From Hydrurus foetidus (Eukaryota): a DNA stretch of 64,000 nucleotides. Where the stretch lies: positions 2,170,001 to 2,234,000 of the forward strand of contig UYFQ01000001.1 in the NCBI GenBank assembly GCA_900617105.1, given 5' to 3'. Below, piece after piece: positions 19,583 to 28,511 of the stretch. The position numbers and the translations under genes were made by a program. The notes below the pieces were generated by a model. It ran no database searches and was not told the DNA's origin. It saw nothing but the letters and a program-made list of their open reading frames with translations. Position 1 is the first letter of the stretch. Every line of letters begins with the position of its first letter.

Positions 19583-21682
19583 TTAAAATGTCGTTTGCAA
19601 TCCCACTTTTAAAGACCGACCTGGCAGCGGCGCGTTGGGAAACGCCGTAGACGTCAGAATTGATGTCGCCGTATAAGCCAATTTATTGGTCAGGTTGTCA
19701 AATCGTGCGAAGAGCAACGTGCTAATAGCTCCGGTCTTCGCCCGGTAGTTGACGCCTGCATTCCATAACGTGTAAGCGCCAGTTTCGCGGTCGCCCACCG
19801 GAACACGTTTTTGCGCAGCAGAGTAGTCAAAGCCAACATTTGCCCCAAACGGGCCGCTGGCGTACCTCAGCGTAGCGCCCAGCCTGACGGGTGCAATGCG
19901 GGGTAGTGGCTGACCATTGTTTAAATTGGCGGCCTTGACGAGATCAGCGCGCAGCGCAAGATCAAGCGGCGACGCGCCGTCGATTAAACGAAGGTTGCCG
20001 CTGACTTCAAACCCCGCAAAGCGCGCCCTGGTTTGGAGGTAGCGAAACTCGGGCAAAGGGTCAAGCGCCAGGCCGGTAGCCAATGAGAAGCCGGGGTTGG
20101 CTGGGTCCTCTTCGGGGTTGACTTCACCGTCTTTCGGGTTACGCGTGACGCCGGCAGACTGCACCAGCCCGATGTAGTTTTTGAATTTGCTGACATAAGC
20201 GTTCAGTGCGAACGTGTTGGCACCAGACTTCCACGCCGTGCCGAAGTCCAGTTGAATGGCACTTTCTTTGCCCAAAGCTGCGTCGCCAACCTCATACGAT
20301 TTGGTCGCAATATGCGGGCCGTCGGCAAACAGCTCATAGTCTTTGGGCGCGCGCTGTGTGCGTGCAATGTTGCTGGTCAGTTGCCACTGAGGTGCGACAT
20401 CCCATAACCCGCCTACCGCAAAGCTGGTGGGTTTGAGATTGCGCTGACCGGGTACAAATTTAACAAGTGCCGGGTCGGGGTTGCCGAACGACTCCACCCT
20501 GACCGACTCAATACGCCCACCGAAGCTCAGTTTGCCCCAGCTGGCTTTGTATTCCTCGTAGCCAAACAATGCGCTCTGGCGCGTGCGGCTGTAAGGCGCA
20601 AAGGCTTCAATGCCATCGGCTGAAAAGCGTGCGTTGTCCACTTGTACACCCAGCAGGCCTTCAAAATTGCCCAGCTTGGCATGACGCGCTTCCAGCCGGA
20701 AATCACTGCCTTTGTTTTTAAAAACGGTGCCTGCATCTGGCCCGTCAAACTCGGTGTGAGCATAGTCGGTGCTGCTGTATTGCCCCTTGACGCTTTGAAT
20801 AAAACCTTTCAGGTTCCGAAGTTCGCCTTCCAGCGCAAAGCGGTTGGACTTCATGCCAATCGTCACGTCTGGCTCGGCTACTGTGCCGTAGTTGCTGCGA
20901 TAGGTACTGGCTGAAGCGCCCAGATAGCCGTCAGCAAAAAGAAAAGATCCGCCGACAGCGCCGCCCTTGACAGTGCTTGCTGAATTGCAAATGCGCCGGA
21001 CACTGGAAAAGCCCGTTACCTTGTTGCAGTCAAGCTGCACGGGAACTTTCACGTCGCCTGTTTTCCGGTCAAAACCGTCAACGTGCAGGGCAAAACGGTC
21101 GGTGCCCGCTTCAAGCAGTGCGCCCGCGCCGCGCTCGCGGTTGCCACTGGCTGCAGTTAAATCAAGCTTGCCAGTCACACCGCCCTTACTGTCAAACAAT
21201 GCTTGCCTGGGTATGCGGTTGTCAATGACATTGACCACGCCGCCAATGGCACTGCCGCCGTATTGCAGGGCACCTGGCCCACGCAGCACCTCAATGCGTT
21301 CGATGCTGATGGGGTCGGCAGTCACTGAATGGTCAAAGCTCAGCGATGACACATCGAGCAAGCCGCCCCCGTTGTTCAAAATACGAATACGGTCGCCGTC
21401 CTGGCCGCGAATGATGGGGCGGCTGGAATTTGGGCCAAAATAAGTACTGCTCACACCCGGCGTGCCGTCAAGCGTCTCGCCCAGTGTGGTTTTTGACCGT
21501 AATAGCAGTCCAGCGCCCGAATACTGGGCGCTAGGCGCTATTAACTCAGAAGCGCCTAGCGGATTTCCGGTAACGATAACTTCTTTAAGTTGCGGGGTTT
21601 GCGCAAGTGCGAGTTGTGAATAAAGTGCGCCCAGCGCAAGCACCGCCAACGCAGAAGGGCTGCGTGAAAAAATAATTTGCAT
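19583..21682 (-). CDS. TonB-dependent outer-membrane receptor, ZnuD-like (probable metal uptake)
   Basis: Signal peptide, TonB box EVIVTG, plug SRPIIRG/RIEVLRGP, ELFADGPH, C-terminal Phe. Confidence 0.9.
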   Translation of the reverse strand: MQIIFSRSPSALAVLALGALYSQLALAQTPQLKEVIVTGNPLGASELIAPSAQYSGAGLLLRSKTTLGETLDGTPGVSSTYFGPNSSRPIIRGQDGDRIRILNNGGGLLDVSSLSFDHSVTADPISIERIEVLRGPGALQYGGSAIGGVVNVIDNRIPRQALFDSKGGVTGKLDLTAASGNRERGAGALLEAGTDRFALHVDGFDRKTGDVKVPVQLDCNKVTGFSSVRRICNSASTVKGGAVGGSFLFADGYLGASASTYRSNYGTVAEPDVTIGMKSNRFALEGELRNLKGFIQSVKGQYSSTDYAHTEFDGPDAGTVFKNKGSDFRLEARHAKLGNFEGLLGVQVDNARFSADGIEAFAPYSRTRQSALFGYEEYKASWGKLSFGGRIESVRVESFGNPDPALVKFVPGQRNLKPTSFAVGGLWDVAPQWQLTSNIARTQRAPKDYELFADGPHIATKSYEVGDAALGKESAIQLDFGTAWKSGANTFALNAYVSKFKNYIGLVQSAGVTRNPKDGEVNPEEDPANPGFSLATGLALDPLPEFRYLQTRARFAGFEVSGNLRLIDGASPLDLALRADLVKAANLNNGQPLPRIAPVRLGATLRYASGPFGANVGFDYSAAQKRVPVGDRETGAYTLWNAGVNYRAKTGAISTLLFARFDNLTNKLAYTATSILTSTAFPNAPLPGRSLKVGLQTTF

Positions 21683-21765
21683 GATTTGACCTGACTAAAT
21701 CTGAAGAACGAAACGGCTGCACTCAGGCATGGTCAGCCTGGCGACAACAGCGAAAAGAGGGGTTC

Positions 21766-22212
21766 TCAGGCAGTCAAGGGCGGGCCGCGCGCGTCAAATA
21801 GCGCTGCCCACCGGGCGAGTGCTTCGCCCTGAAAAATAGCGACTACAAACGATGGAACAACCAACGGCAACAGGGCGACAGCCACGCTGGGCATAGCGTT
21901 ACTTGTGCTGGCTTGGTCGTACAAGCGGCAATCTGCGACCGTGCTGTGAGACGAAAAAAGTTGCTCTATAAAGCCGTGGTGTTCGTGGGTTTCTTGAGTT
22001 ACGCGCGCGGCTCGAGTTGCGTCAGTTACTTGCGATTGATCGGTTTCGTGTTGGTGCTCAACCGCATGGCCTGTCAGCTCTCTACCGCCGTGCTGTACGG
22101 CATGCAATTGGCCTAGCGCTTGCGACAGCAGCAACGACAAAACCAGCCACGCCGCCCACCAAGCCCGCCGCGTTCGGCTAGGTAGTTGCGGCGTTGGCAG
22201 CTTGAATTTCAC
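21766..22212 (-). CDS. His-rich exported leader protein with C-terminal RGPP (DUF2946/CruR-like)
   Basis: Basic N-terminus plus hydrophobic segment, His clusters, DCRLYD, ends ARGPPLTA; 83 nt upstream of the TBDR. Confidence 0.7.
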   Translation of the reverse strand: MKFKLPTPQLPSRTRRAWWAAWLVLSLLLSQALGQLHAVQHGGRELTGHAVEHQHETDQSQVTDATRAARVTQETHEHHGFIEQLFSSHSTVADCRLYDQASTSNAMPSVAVALLPLVVPSFVVAIFQGEALARWAALFDARGPPLTA

Positions 22213-22217
22213 AACGG

Positions 22218-22772
22218 TTACTTAATGCTGATCGCGTCTGTCAGGCGGTAGTACAAGCCGTACGAGTCGTCATTGAGCACCAGGAATTTGCCCTCCACCA
22301 CGACCGGCTCCATGCCGTATTTAACCGGCGTTTTTGTGCGCACTTCGACCATGCTTTCAGGCCCGCCAGGCGTGCAAAACGAGCAAGTCAGCGGCACCGA
22401 TGACAACAAAAAGTGGCGCTGCTTTTCGCCCGGCTCCAGCGGCATCATGAAGCCCTGTATGCGCTGGGTTTTCTGGTTCAAAGCGGTTTGGCTCGCGTTG
22501 AACACAGGCACGATGCGGTTTTTTTCAGTTTTGGTTTTAACGTCGGTCAGCACTGACCAGGCAATCACGTCATTGCGCGGCTCTAGCGGCGCAAACGGGC
22601 TGCCTGCGCCGTGTGTACCCGGGCCCGCGCCAGCGGTTGGGCCTTTGCCAGCAGATGGCGCTGGCACCAGTGACGACAGCACTTGCGAATTAGCCGGATT
22701 CGCAGCGATAGTTGTTGCAAGGATGGCAAACAGTGCGGCAGAGGCGATGTGAGTGTGAAAGCGAGCTGTCAT
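22218..22772 (-). CDS. DUF3299 domain protein
   Basis: RIQGFMMPL, FLLSSVPLTCSFCTPGGP, V.VEG motifs. Confidence 0.85.
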   Translation of the reverse strand: MTARFHTHIASAALFAILATTIAANPANSQVLSSLVPAPSAGKGPTAGAGPGTHGAGSPFAPLEPRNDVIAWSVLTDVKTKTEKNRIVPVFNASQTALNQKTQRIQGFMMPLEPGEKQRHFLLSSVPLTCSFCTPGGPESMVEVRTKTPVKYGMEPVVVEGKFLVLNDDSYGLYYRLTDAISIK

Positions 22773-22827
22773 GGGTTGCTCCGTGTACGAACGTGGTATC
22801 TGATTTTGCGCAAATCAGCCGCCAAGC

Positions 22828-23088
22828 TTAGTGGACATGTTTCATGCCGCAGTATTTGCCTATGGCAAGGCCCTTGCATGCGGCTTGAAGTTCTTTTTCA
22901 CACAGGTCTGGTTTTTTGCCCGATTCAAGGCATTTGGCGGCCCCTTCATGCGCGGCCGCCATAGCGCGGTGGCGCGCAACGTCTTCTTTTATTTCTTTGG
23001 CTGAGTGCCCGTCTGCTGCCAGCACAGCAGTGCCGCACAACAAAGCAAACAGTCCTGCAACCGCCTTGACTTTAAAACCGATTTTCAT
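22828..23088 (-). CDS. small exported Cys/His-rich protein
   Basis: Signal peptide; HRAMAAAH..KC..C..C..YCGMKHVH; inside operon. Confidence 0.75.
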   Translation of the reverse strand: MKIGFKVKAVAGLFALLCGTAVLAADGHSAKEIKEDVARHRAMAAAHEGAAKCLESGKKPDLCEKELQAACKGLAIGKYCGMKHVH

Positions 23089-23103
23089 AGCGCCGTCCTT
23101 CAT

Positions 23104-24306
23104 TTATCTCGATTGTAAAAGCTCAAACACACTGACCGTATACGCCTCCCAAGCGGGCAAGAAGCTGGCGGCGCATGCTACGCCCAGCGCAAGCAAGGGC
23201 ACAAAAAACAGCTCAGCTGGCCATGCAAACAGGCCAAGGGCAATCGATTTGTCCAGCTGCATCGCCAAAGCGGTAAGCGCCATCAAGCCCTGCCCCGCCA
23301 GCAAACCCAAGCTGCACGCCATCAATGCAAGCCACAGTGCTTCACACAGCAACAAACCCGCAATTTTGCGCGGCGGTGCGCCCAGCATGCGCAGCAGCGC
23401 CAGGTCAGCCCGGCGCTCACGCACAGCGCTCCACAGCGCAATAAAAACACTCAGGCCAGCCGTGAGTAGCAGCACACCGGCAAGCACTTTGAGCAAGTCA
23501 GTGCCCACGCCCAACATGCTGAGCAAGCGGGTGATTTCGAGCGCTGGCGCTGCGGCTTGCATTTCAGTGGTCGCGTTTACAAACCGGGGGAAAGTCACTG
23601 CAGCCAGCGGCGACTTGTACTGAATAAGCGCCATCGTCACCTCGCGCTCTTCTTCCAGAATTTTCTGGTCTTCGGCGTCCAGTGCGGTGTCGCTTTCATG
23701 AACCTGCCAAACCGATTCGGTGCCCGTCAGTATCAGGCGGTCTAGCACCGACGTGCTCGCGGCCAGCACGCCCACCACGCTGTAAACCGCTTTGCCATGT
23801 GACTCGCCACCCGCGCCTAAGCCGTGCGAGCCTGCAAAGTTGTCGCCTACCTTAAGCCCTGTCTGCTTTGCAACCTGCGCGCCGATTACGGCTTGCATTG
23901 GCTTGTCCCACAGCACGCCATCAGCCAGCGTTGCACCGTAATGGCTAACGTAACTCAGCGACGTACCCACGATGCGAAAACCGCGAAAGTTGTCGCCCAA
24001 ACTAAGGGGAATCAATTTGCCGACCTGCGGATTGGCCTCAAGCGCTTTCACAGCGGCCAGCGGTATGTTGCCGGTGGGCGCGTCGATGTGAAACACGCCC
24101 GACAAAATTAACTGCATGGGGCTGCCTTTGGCACCCACTACCAAGTCGATGCCGGCAAGGTCACGCTCAAACGCACGGCTAATCTGATGGCTGGCCAGTA
24201 TCACGAAGGTAATGGCTGTCAAACCCAGCGTCAGCAAAAGCAGGTTCAGGCTGGCAGCCAGCGGGCGAGACCACAAGTAGCGCCATGAAAGAAGGATCGT
24301 CTTCAT
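23104..24306 (-). CDS. ABC transporter permease (MacB/FtsX type, ZrgC/PA4065-like)
   Basis: DLVVGAKGSPMQLIL..FH, ERRADLALLRMLGA. Confidence 0.9.
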   Translation of the reverse strand: MKTILLSWRYLWSRPLAASLNLLLLTLGLTAITFVILASHQISRAFERDLAGIDLVVGAKGSPMQLILSGVFHIDAPTGNIPLAAVKALEANPQVGKLIPLSLGDNFRGFRIVGTSLSYVSHYGATLADGVLWDKPMQAVIGAQVAKQTGLKVGDNFAGSHGLGAGGESHGKAVYSVVGVLAASTSVLDRLILTGTESVWQVHESDTALDAEDQKILEEEREVTMALIQYKSPLAAVTFPRFVNATTEMQAAAPALEITRLLSMLGVGTDLLKVLAGVLLLTAGLSVFIALWSAVRERRADLALLRMLGAPPRKIAGLLLCEALWLALMACSLGLLAGQGLMALTALAMQLDKSIALGLFAWPAELFFVPLLALGVACAASFLPAWEAYTVSVFELLQSR

Positions 24307-25016
24307 GCGCGCGTGCCGTTTTTTTCACTATTATTTTTATAGCTGCTCACGCCTGTATTGATTGGGCTACAGGTCAATTTAATGCTTAAAAAGGGCCTAA
24401 ATGAGGCTTCCAGATGCTTTTTTACCCGCAAATCATGGGTGGCAATGACCAGCGTTGCGTTAAGTCGCTCAGCGGTTGTCCGCAGCAGGCCCAGCGCAGC
24501 GCTGGCAGATTCATCGTCCAGGCTGGCAGTGGGCTCGTCTGCCAAAATCGCTTTCGGGGCCAGCAGCACCGCCCGCGCCAGCGCCACCCGCTGTGCCTGC
24601 CCGCCAGACAACTCAGACGGCTTTCGCGTGGCCAGCGCCTGCACATCTAGCGCCGCCAGCGCCGCATTGATTGCTGCGGAGTTCTTTTTTTGCCCCGCAG
24701 CCCACTGGGCCAGTTCAAGGTTTTCTTGCACCGACAGCGCTGCGCTTAAATGCAGCTTTTGCGGCAAAAATCCAATCGTTTTAGCGCGCCAGGCGTCGCT
24801 TTCTGTTTTGCTTGAATCAGCCATTGGCTGCCCCGCCACCGTTATGCTGCCGCTGGTCGCTTGCAGCAAGCCAGCGCAAAGCGCCAGCCAGGTGGACTTG
24901 CCCGAACCCGACGCACCACTCAGCAGCAGCACGCCGCCTTGCGGCACGTCGACATCAGCAAAGTCGATGGCCGGGCCATTTAGGTAGCAGAAACACAACT
25001 TTCGGGTGCTGATCAT
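24303..25016 (-). CDS. ABC transporter ATP-binding protein
   Basis: [19 protein letters not shown]-loop ATHD; start at ATG 25016. Confidence 0.93.
   Translation of the reverse strand: MISTRKLCFCYLNGPAIDFADVDVPQGGVLLLSGASGSGKSTWLALCAGLLQATSGSITVAGQPMADSSKTESDAWRAKTIGFLPQKLHLSAALSVQENLELAQWAAGQKKNSAAINAALAALDVQALATRKPSELSGGQAQRVALARAVLLAPKAILADEPTASLDDESASAALGLLRTTAERLNATLVIATHDLRVKKHLEASFRPFLSIKLTCSPINTGVSSYKNNSEKNGTRA
24326..24380 (-). repeat. two-hairpin repeat, copy 3 (in-frame in ABC ATPase C-terminus)
   Basis: Minus strand GTAGCCCAATCAATACAGGCGTGAGCAGCTATAAAAATAATAGTG. Confidence 0.88.
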
Positions 25017-25082
25017 TTTTGAAAGTGTAAATCGACTGGCAGGCCACTGCAGCAAGCACCCGCGCTGCGGTATAAACAATCC

Positions 25083-26069
25083 ATGACAGAAAAGCAAAAC
25101 GCCCCCACCCATCTGCCTACCCATTTAAGAAGTCACACGTACCACGGCTTGGCACCCGGCCCTGCGCTGCTGGTGCTGGGCGCTGTGCATGGCAACGAGG
25201 TGTGCGGCACGCAGGCCATCATGCAACTGATACAAGACTTTGATAACGGCGCGATTAGCATCGAGCGCGGCGCGGTCACGTTTGTGCCCATCACCAACCC
25301 GCTGGCGTATCAGCTCAAGCGGCGGTTTGGCGACCGCAATTTAAACCGCAACATGGCGCCTAGTGCCATTCCACAAGACTTTGAAGACCGCATTGCCAAC
25401 GTGCTGACCCCGCTGCTAGATGCGCATGATGTGCTGCTCGATTTGCATTCGTTTCACACCGGCGGCGCGCCGTTTGTAATGATTGGCCCGCAGAACAACC
25501 TAGGGGCGCTAGAGCCGTTTGCGCTGGCCGCCGAAGAAATGCAATTGGCCCTGCACACTGGCGCGCCGCGCATTGTTGAAGGCTGGTTAGATACTTATAC
25601 ACGCGGCGTGCAGCGGCGGGCTGCCTCACTTGATGCTGCCAACACGCGCTCACAAACCTTGGTTACCAACCCCAACTACGGCGTGGGCACAACCGAATAC
25701 ATGCGCGCACGTGGCGGCTATGCGGTCACGCTCGAATGCGGGCAGCACGATGACCCGGCGGGCGTTGCGGTTGCTAAACATGCGATTTTGCAAACGCTGG
25801 GTTTGCTAGGCATCACGTCCGCCCAGCCCGTGCCGCCGATTGCTGTGCCGGAAATTTTGCGACTGATTGACGTGACCGACAAGGCGCATGCCGACGACAC
25901 CTTCACCCGTGAGTGGCGCAGTTTTGATACGGTGAAAGCGGGCGACGTGATTGGCGTGCGGCAAACCGGCGTTGAAGTGAAGGCGCAGGGCGACGGGTTT
26001 GTGGTGTTCCCCAATCCGCGCGGTGAAGTGGGGCAGGAATGGTTTTACTTTGCGCAAAAACGGGTTTGA
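25083..26069 (+). CDS. succinylglutamate desuccinylase/aspartoacylase (M14) family protein
   Basis: HGNE, RNLNR, DLHS, TLECG motifs. Confidence 0.9.
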   Translation: MTEKQNAPTHLPTHLRSHTYHGLAPGPALLVLGAVHGNEVCGTQAIMQLIQDFDNGAISIERGAVTFVPITNPLAYQLKRRFGDRNLNRNMAPSAIPQDFEDRIANVLTPLLDAHDVLLDLHSFHTGGAPFVMIGPQNNLGALEPFALAAEEMQLALHTGAPRIVEGWLDTYTRGVQRRAASLDAANTRSQTLVTNPNYGVGTTEYMRARGGYAVTLECGQHDDPAGVAVAKHAILQTLGLLGITSAQPVPPIAVPEILRLIDVTDKAHADDTFTREWRSFDTVKAGDVIGVRQTGVEVKAQGDGFVVFPNPRGEVGQEWFYFAQKRV

Positions 26070-26119
26070 AATCGGTTTGAAACGGCTTTTTCGACTGAAA
26101 AAGGCCGCTTTCAGGTATT

Positions 26120-26174
26120 AAATACGGCTGCAGACCAATAAATACGGGCGCGAGCAGCTATTAAAATCATACCA
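26120..26174 (+). repeat. two-hairpin repeat, copy 4
   Basis: GACCAATAAATACGGGCGCGAGCAGCTATTAAAATCATA. Confidence 0.92.
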
Positions 26175-26281
26175 TTCGGACGCACTTCGACGGCTGCCTA
26201 TTGAATGTTGCGTTGCAAGGCGGTAACCAACCCCAATGCCAGTGGCTGGCAAGGGTTTCCGGGGTTTCCGGACTTTTCGCG

Positions 26282-26572
26282 CTAAACGCCTTCAATGATC
26301 CGGATGTCCCGATCCGCGCCGTCACCCAGCGCGGTTAAAGCTGCCTGGTAGGCAGGGCTGTCGTGTGCGGCCGTGGCTTGATCGACACTGTCAAATTCGA
26401 TCAGGACTGTGCGCTCCTTCAGCCCGAGTTCATAAGCCATGGACGGCACACCCCGCGCCAAAAATCGACCGCCTGCTGCAGTGAGTGCCGGGCCCGCAAG
26501 CACTGCATAGGCGGCGAGCTTTTCGGTATTCTTTACGGCGCGGTAGGTGCTGACCCAATAGGCTTTGGACAT
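26282..26572 (-). CDS. DUF1330 domain protein
   Basis: MSKAYW, GGRFLARG, VLIEFDS, SPAYQ, RDIRIIEG. Confidence 0.9.
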   Translation of the reverse strand: MSKAYWVSTYRAVKNTEKLAAYAVLAGPALTAAGGRFLARGVPSMAYELGLKERTVLIEFDSVDQATAAHDSPAYQAALTALGDGADRDIRIIEGV

Positions 26573-26650
26573 TTGTTTTTCCTTGTTGATGTGAAATGGT
26601 TGTTATGAGTCTTGCAAAACTATGGGGTTGGTATTTTGACTACTAATGTT

Positions 26651-26671
26651 CGCTCGACAGCGGGGTTATGC
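26651..26671 (-). mobile_element. truncated attC (inverse-core half only), cassette 1
   Basis: Minus strand GCATAACCCCGCTGTCGAGCG, matching the first arm of the other attC sites; second arm absent. Confidence 0.6.
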
Positions 26672-26680
26672 GTCATTCGA

Positions 26681-27205
26681 CTAGCGTGACAACGCCCTCT
26701 CGCGATGTTGAGCGTTCCTTGCGTCAACTGTTGCAACTTCTCGGTCCAATTCCTCTCGAAGAGCGCGGATTTCGCTCAGTGCAGCGGCTAGTTTGACTTG
26801 TACGCGATCGAGTTCCTCCGAAGGAGCCTCACTGAGTTTTTGCGCGCCGTCTGCGAAGAACTCTGCATACTCAGCCAGCACCCGCGCTCGATCTGCATTC
26901 GCTGCGGCGTTCTTCTTGCATTCCTCTATTCCAGCGTTCTGGTACGACCTGGAGAATGCGCCGAGAGTATCGTACGCAATCGCTGCTTGCTCGGCACGTG
27001 CGCGTACGCGCTGATGCTCCACCAGCGTGTCGCTTGCCGTGTGGGCGACTGCAAACAACTGCAATCTCTTCGCCGCTTGCTCTGAGAAACGCTGCGCGGC
27101 GCGTGCGGAGTCGGCCGAGCGGAATGCAGCGAGGGTGGCCAAAGCGCCGACCACGAGGCTGATCACAGCCGTTGTCGCAGAAATGATTTCAGTCTCTATA
27201 TTCAT
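26681..27205 (-). CDS. integron cassette ORF: N-terminal TM helix plus coiled coil, unknown function
   Basis: ATG 27205 lies just inside the core site GTTATGC; helical sequence. Confidence 0.7.
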   Translation of the reverse strand: MNIETEIISATTAVISLVVGALATLAAFRSADSARAAQRFSEQAAKRLQLFAVAHTASDTLVEHQRVRARAEQAAIAYDTLGAFSRSYQNAGIEECKKNAAANADRARVLAEYAEFFADGAQKLSEAPSEELDRVQVKLAAALSEIRALREELDREVATVDARNAQHRERALSR

Positions 27206-27238
27206 TGGGGTTTTTGATGCCTCGCGCGTGGGGATGAC

Positions 27239-27340
27239 GCATAACGTTCGACATGAGCGGCAAACAACGGCCCGCGCACTTCTCGCCAAACAGCACAAGT
27301 TTGCCAGCCGTTGTTTGTCCGCCCGATGGAGGGGTTAGGC
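27239..27340 (-). mobile_element. integron attC site
   Basis: Minus strand GCCTAAC...GTTATGC with imperfect palindrome (CAAACAACGGC/GCCGTTGTTTG) and bulged bases. Confidence 0.85.
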
Positions 27341-27362
27341 ATCAATGCGCTGCTCCTCTGCC

Positions 27363-27752
27363 CTAGCTTGCAAAACGAACAACAGCTTGCCAAGCGCCAA
27401 CGGCAAAAGCGAGCAAGCTCAAGCCCAGCATTGCCGCACTCGCGTACAAGAACTTGCGATGCGACCGAGACGCGTTTGGCGGTTGCGCTCGCTCGTTGAG
27501 TATTCGGAGTTGCGTGAGGTAGGCGAACAACATGGCAACGCCGCAAGCAAAGAGCCCCGAGAGAAACGCGGCCATAGCGCAGCGCATGTCCGGCGTGACA
27601 GTGCCTTTTGAGGCCACGTTGCCGAGATAGGTAAGCAGCGCTACAGCGGCGCCGCCATTGGCTAACGCGCAGAACTTGAAGCCCTCAACGGAGAGCGCAA
27701 CGAGAGACTTGTACGTCTCGATGTAGTGATCGTCGAGAAACGAATCTGCCAC
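27363..27752 (-). CDS. integron cassette ORF: small 3-TM membrane protein
   Basis: NGGAAVALL hydrophobic helices; flanked by attC sites. Confidence 0.75.
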   Translation of the reverse strand: MADSFLDDHYIETYKSLVALSVEGFKFCALANGGAAVALLTYLGNVASKGTVTPDMRCAMAAFLSGLFACGVAMLFAYLTQLRILNERAQPPNASRSHRKFLYASAAMLGLSLLAFAVGAWQAVVRFAS

Positions 27753-27759
27753 TGTTGAG

Positions 27760-27889
27760 GCCTCAACGTTCGAGTTGAAGCGGGACCGACCGCAAGACGC
27801 CAGCCCCGGGCAGGTGAAAATGTACAGAGTACCACCGGCCCGGGGCTGGTGGCTTGCCGTTAGGCCTCACTTCGAACGAGGGGTATAGC
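27760..27889 (-). mobile_element. degenerate integron attC site
   Basis: Long imperfect palindrome (CGTTCGA/TCGAACG, CCAGCCCCGGGC/GCCCGGGGCTGG); core boxes mutated to GCTATAC and GTTGAGG. Confidence 0.7.
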
Positions 27890-27890
27890 C

Positions 27891-28454
27891 TCATGGCAGC
27901 GGACGCAGTTGCGAGCCTGCATAAAGCTGCCATGAGACTACGCGGAGCCATTCGCCTTGCCATTGATTGCGCCAAAAGTCCCCGCCCTGACTGTTTGGGC
28001 AATCGAGTTTCAACTCAATGCCAAGTCCTCCCGATCGACTGCTCGATGCTGTGGAGAACGCTCGATAAACCCAGTCTAGTGCTGATTCTTGGCAGTACAG
28101 GGTGACTCCGACGCTCGGCAGGATGCTCGAGTCATTCGAGTCCATGAAGAAGGCATATCCCTCAACGCTGTCTGGAATGCTCTTCCAGTGATCGCTCAAC
28201 ATTCTAGGTATTTCTCCACGATCAAGTATTTCAACTGATCCGGTGACTACCAAGTCCTTAAGTGGATCGGTCCGGCCGTTTCCTTCAAATTGGAACATCC
28301 AGCTGCCGAAACTCTGAGTTTGTCGAGATGGAAACACCTTGTATTGCCAATCGGCAACAGCAATCCATAGTGACTGAATGACGCGATCTGCCTTCTCCCA
28401 TTCGTAGCGACGAACCTGTGGGACTGCTGGGAGTTGCGACTTCTTGAAGAGCAT
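27891..28454 (-). CDS. integron cassette ORF, unknown function (187 aa)
   Basis: ATG 28454 follows core GTTAGGC; stop abuts the attC. Confidence 0.7.
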   Translation of the reverse strand: MLFKKSQLPAVPQVRRYEWEKADRVIQSLWIAVADWQYKVFPSRQTQSFGSWMFQFEGNGRTDPLKDLVVTGSVEILDRGEIPRMLSDHWKSIPDSVEGYAFFMDSNDSSILPSVGVTLYCQESALDWVYRAFSTASSSRSGGLGIELKLDCPNSQGGDFWRNQWQGEWLRVVSWQLYAGSQLRPLP

Positions 28455-28474
28455 TAGGAGAAGTTGGTTATGAG

Positions 28475-28511
28475 GCCTAACGCAATATACACCGCAAAAT
28501 CTGCGGTGTAA
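28475..28511 (-). mobile_element. putative attI: core GTTAGGC with adjacent TACACCGCA-N5-TGCGGTGTA palindrome
   Basis: First core site of the array, not preceded by an attC arm. Confidence 0.5.

Noticed and set aside
22680..22730. Possible repeat remnant in the DUF3299 signal region (ATTIAANP)
   Set aside because: Only peptide-level resemblance; nucleotide match no better than chance.
27763..28002. 79-aa ORF spanning the attC
   Set aside because: Translation of the attC palindrome, a typical spurious ORF.
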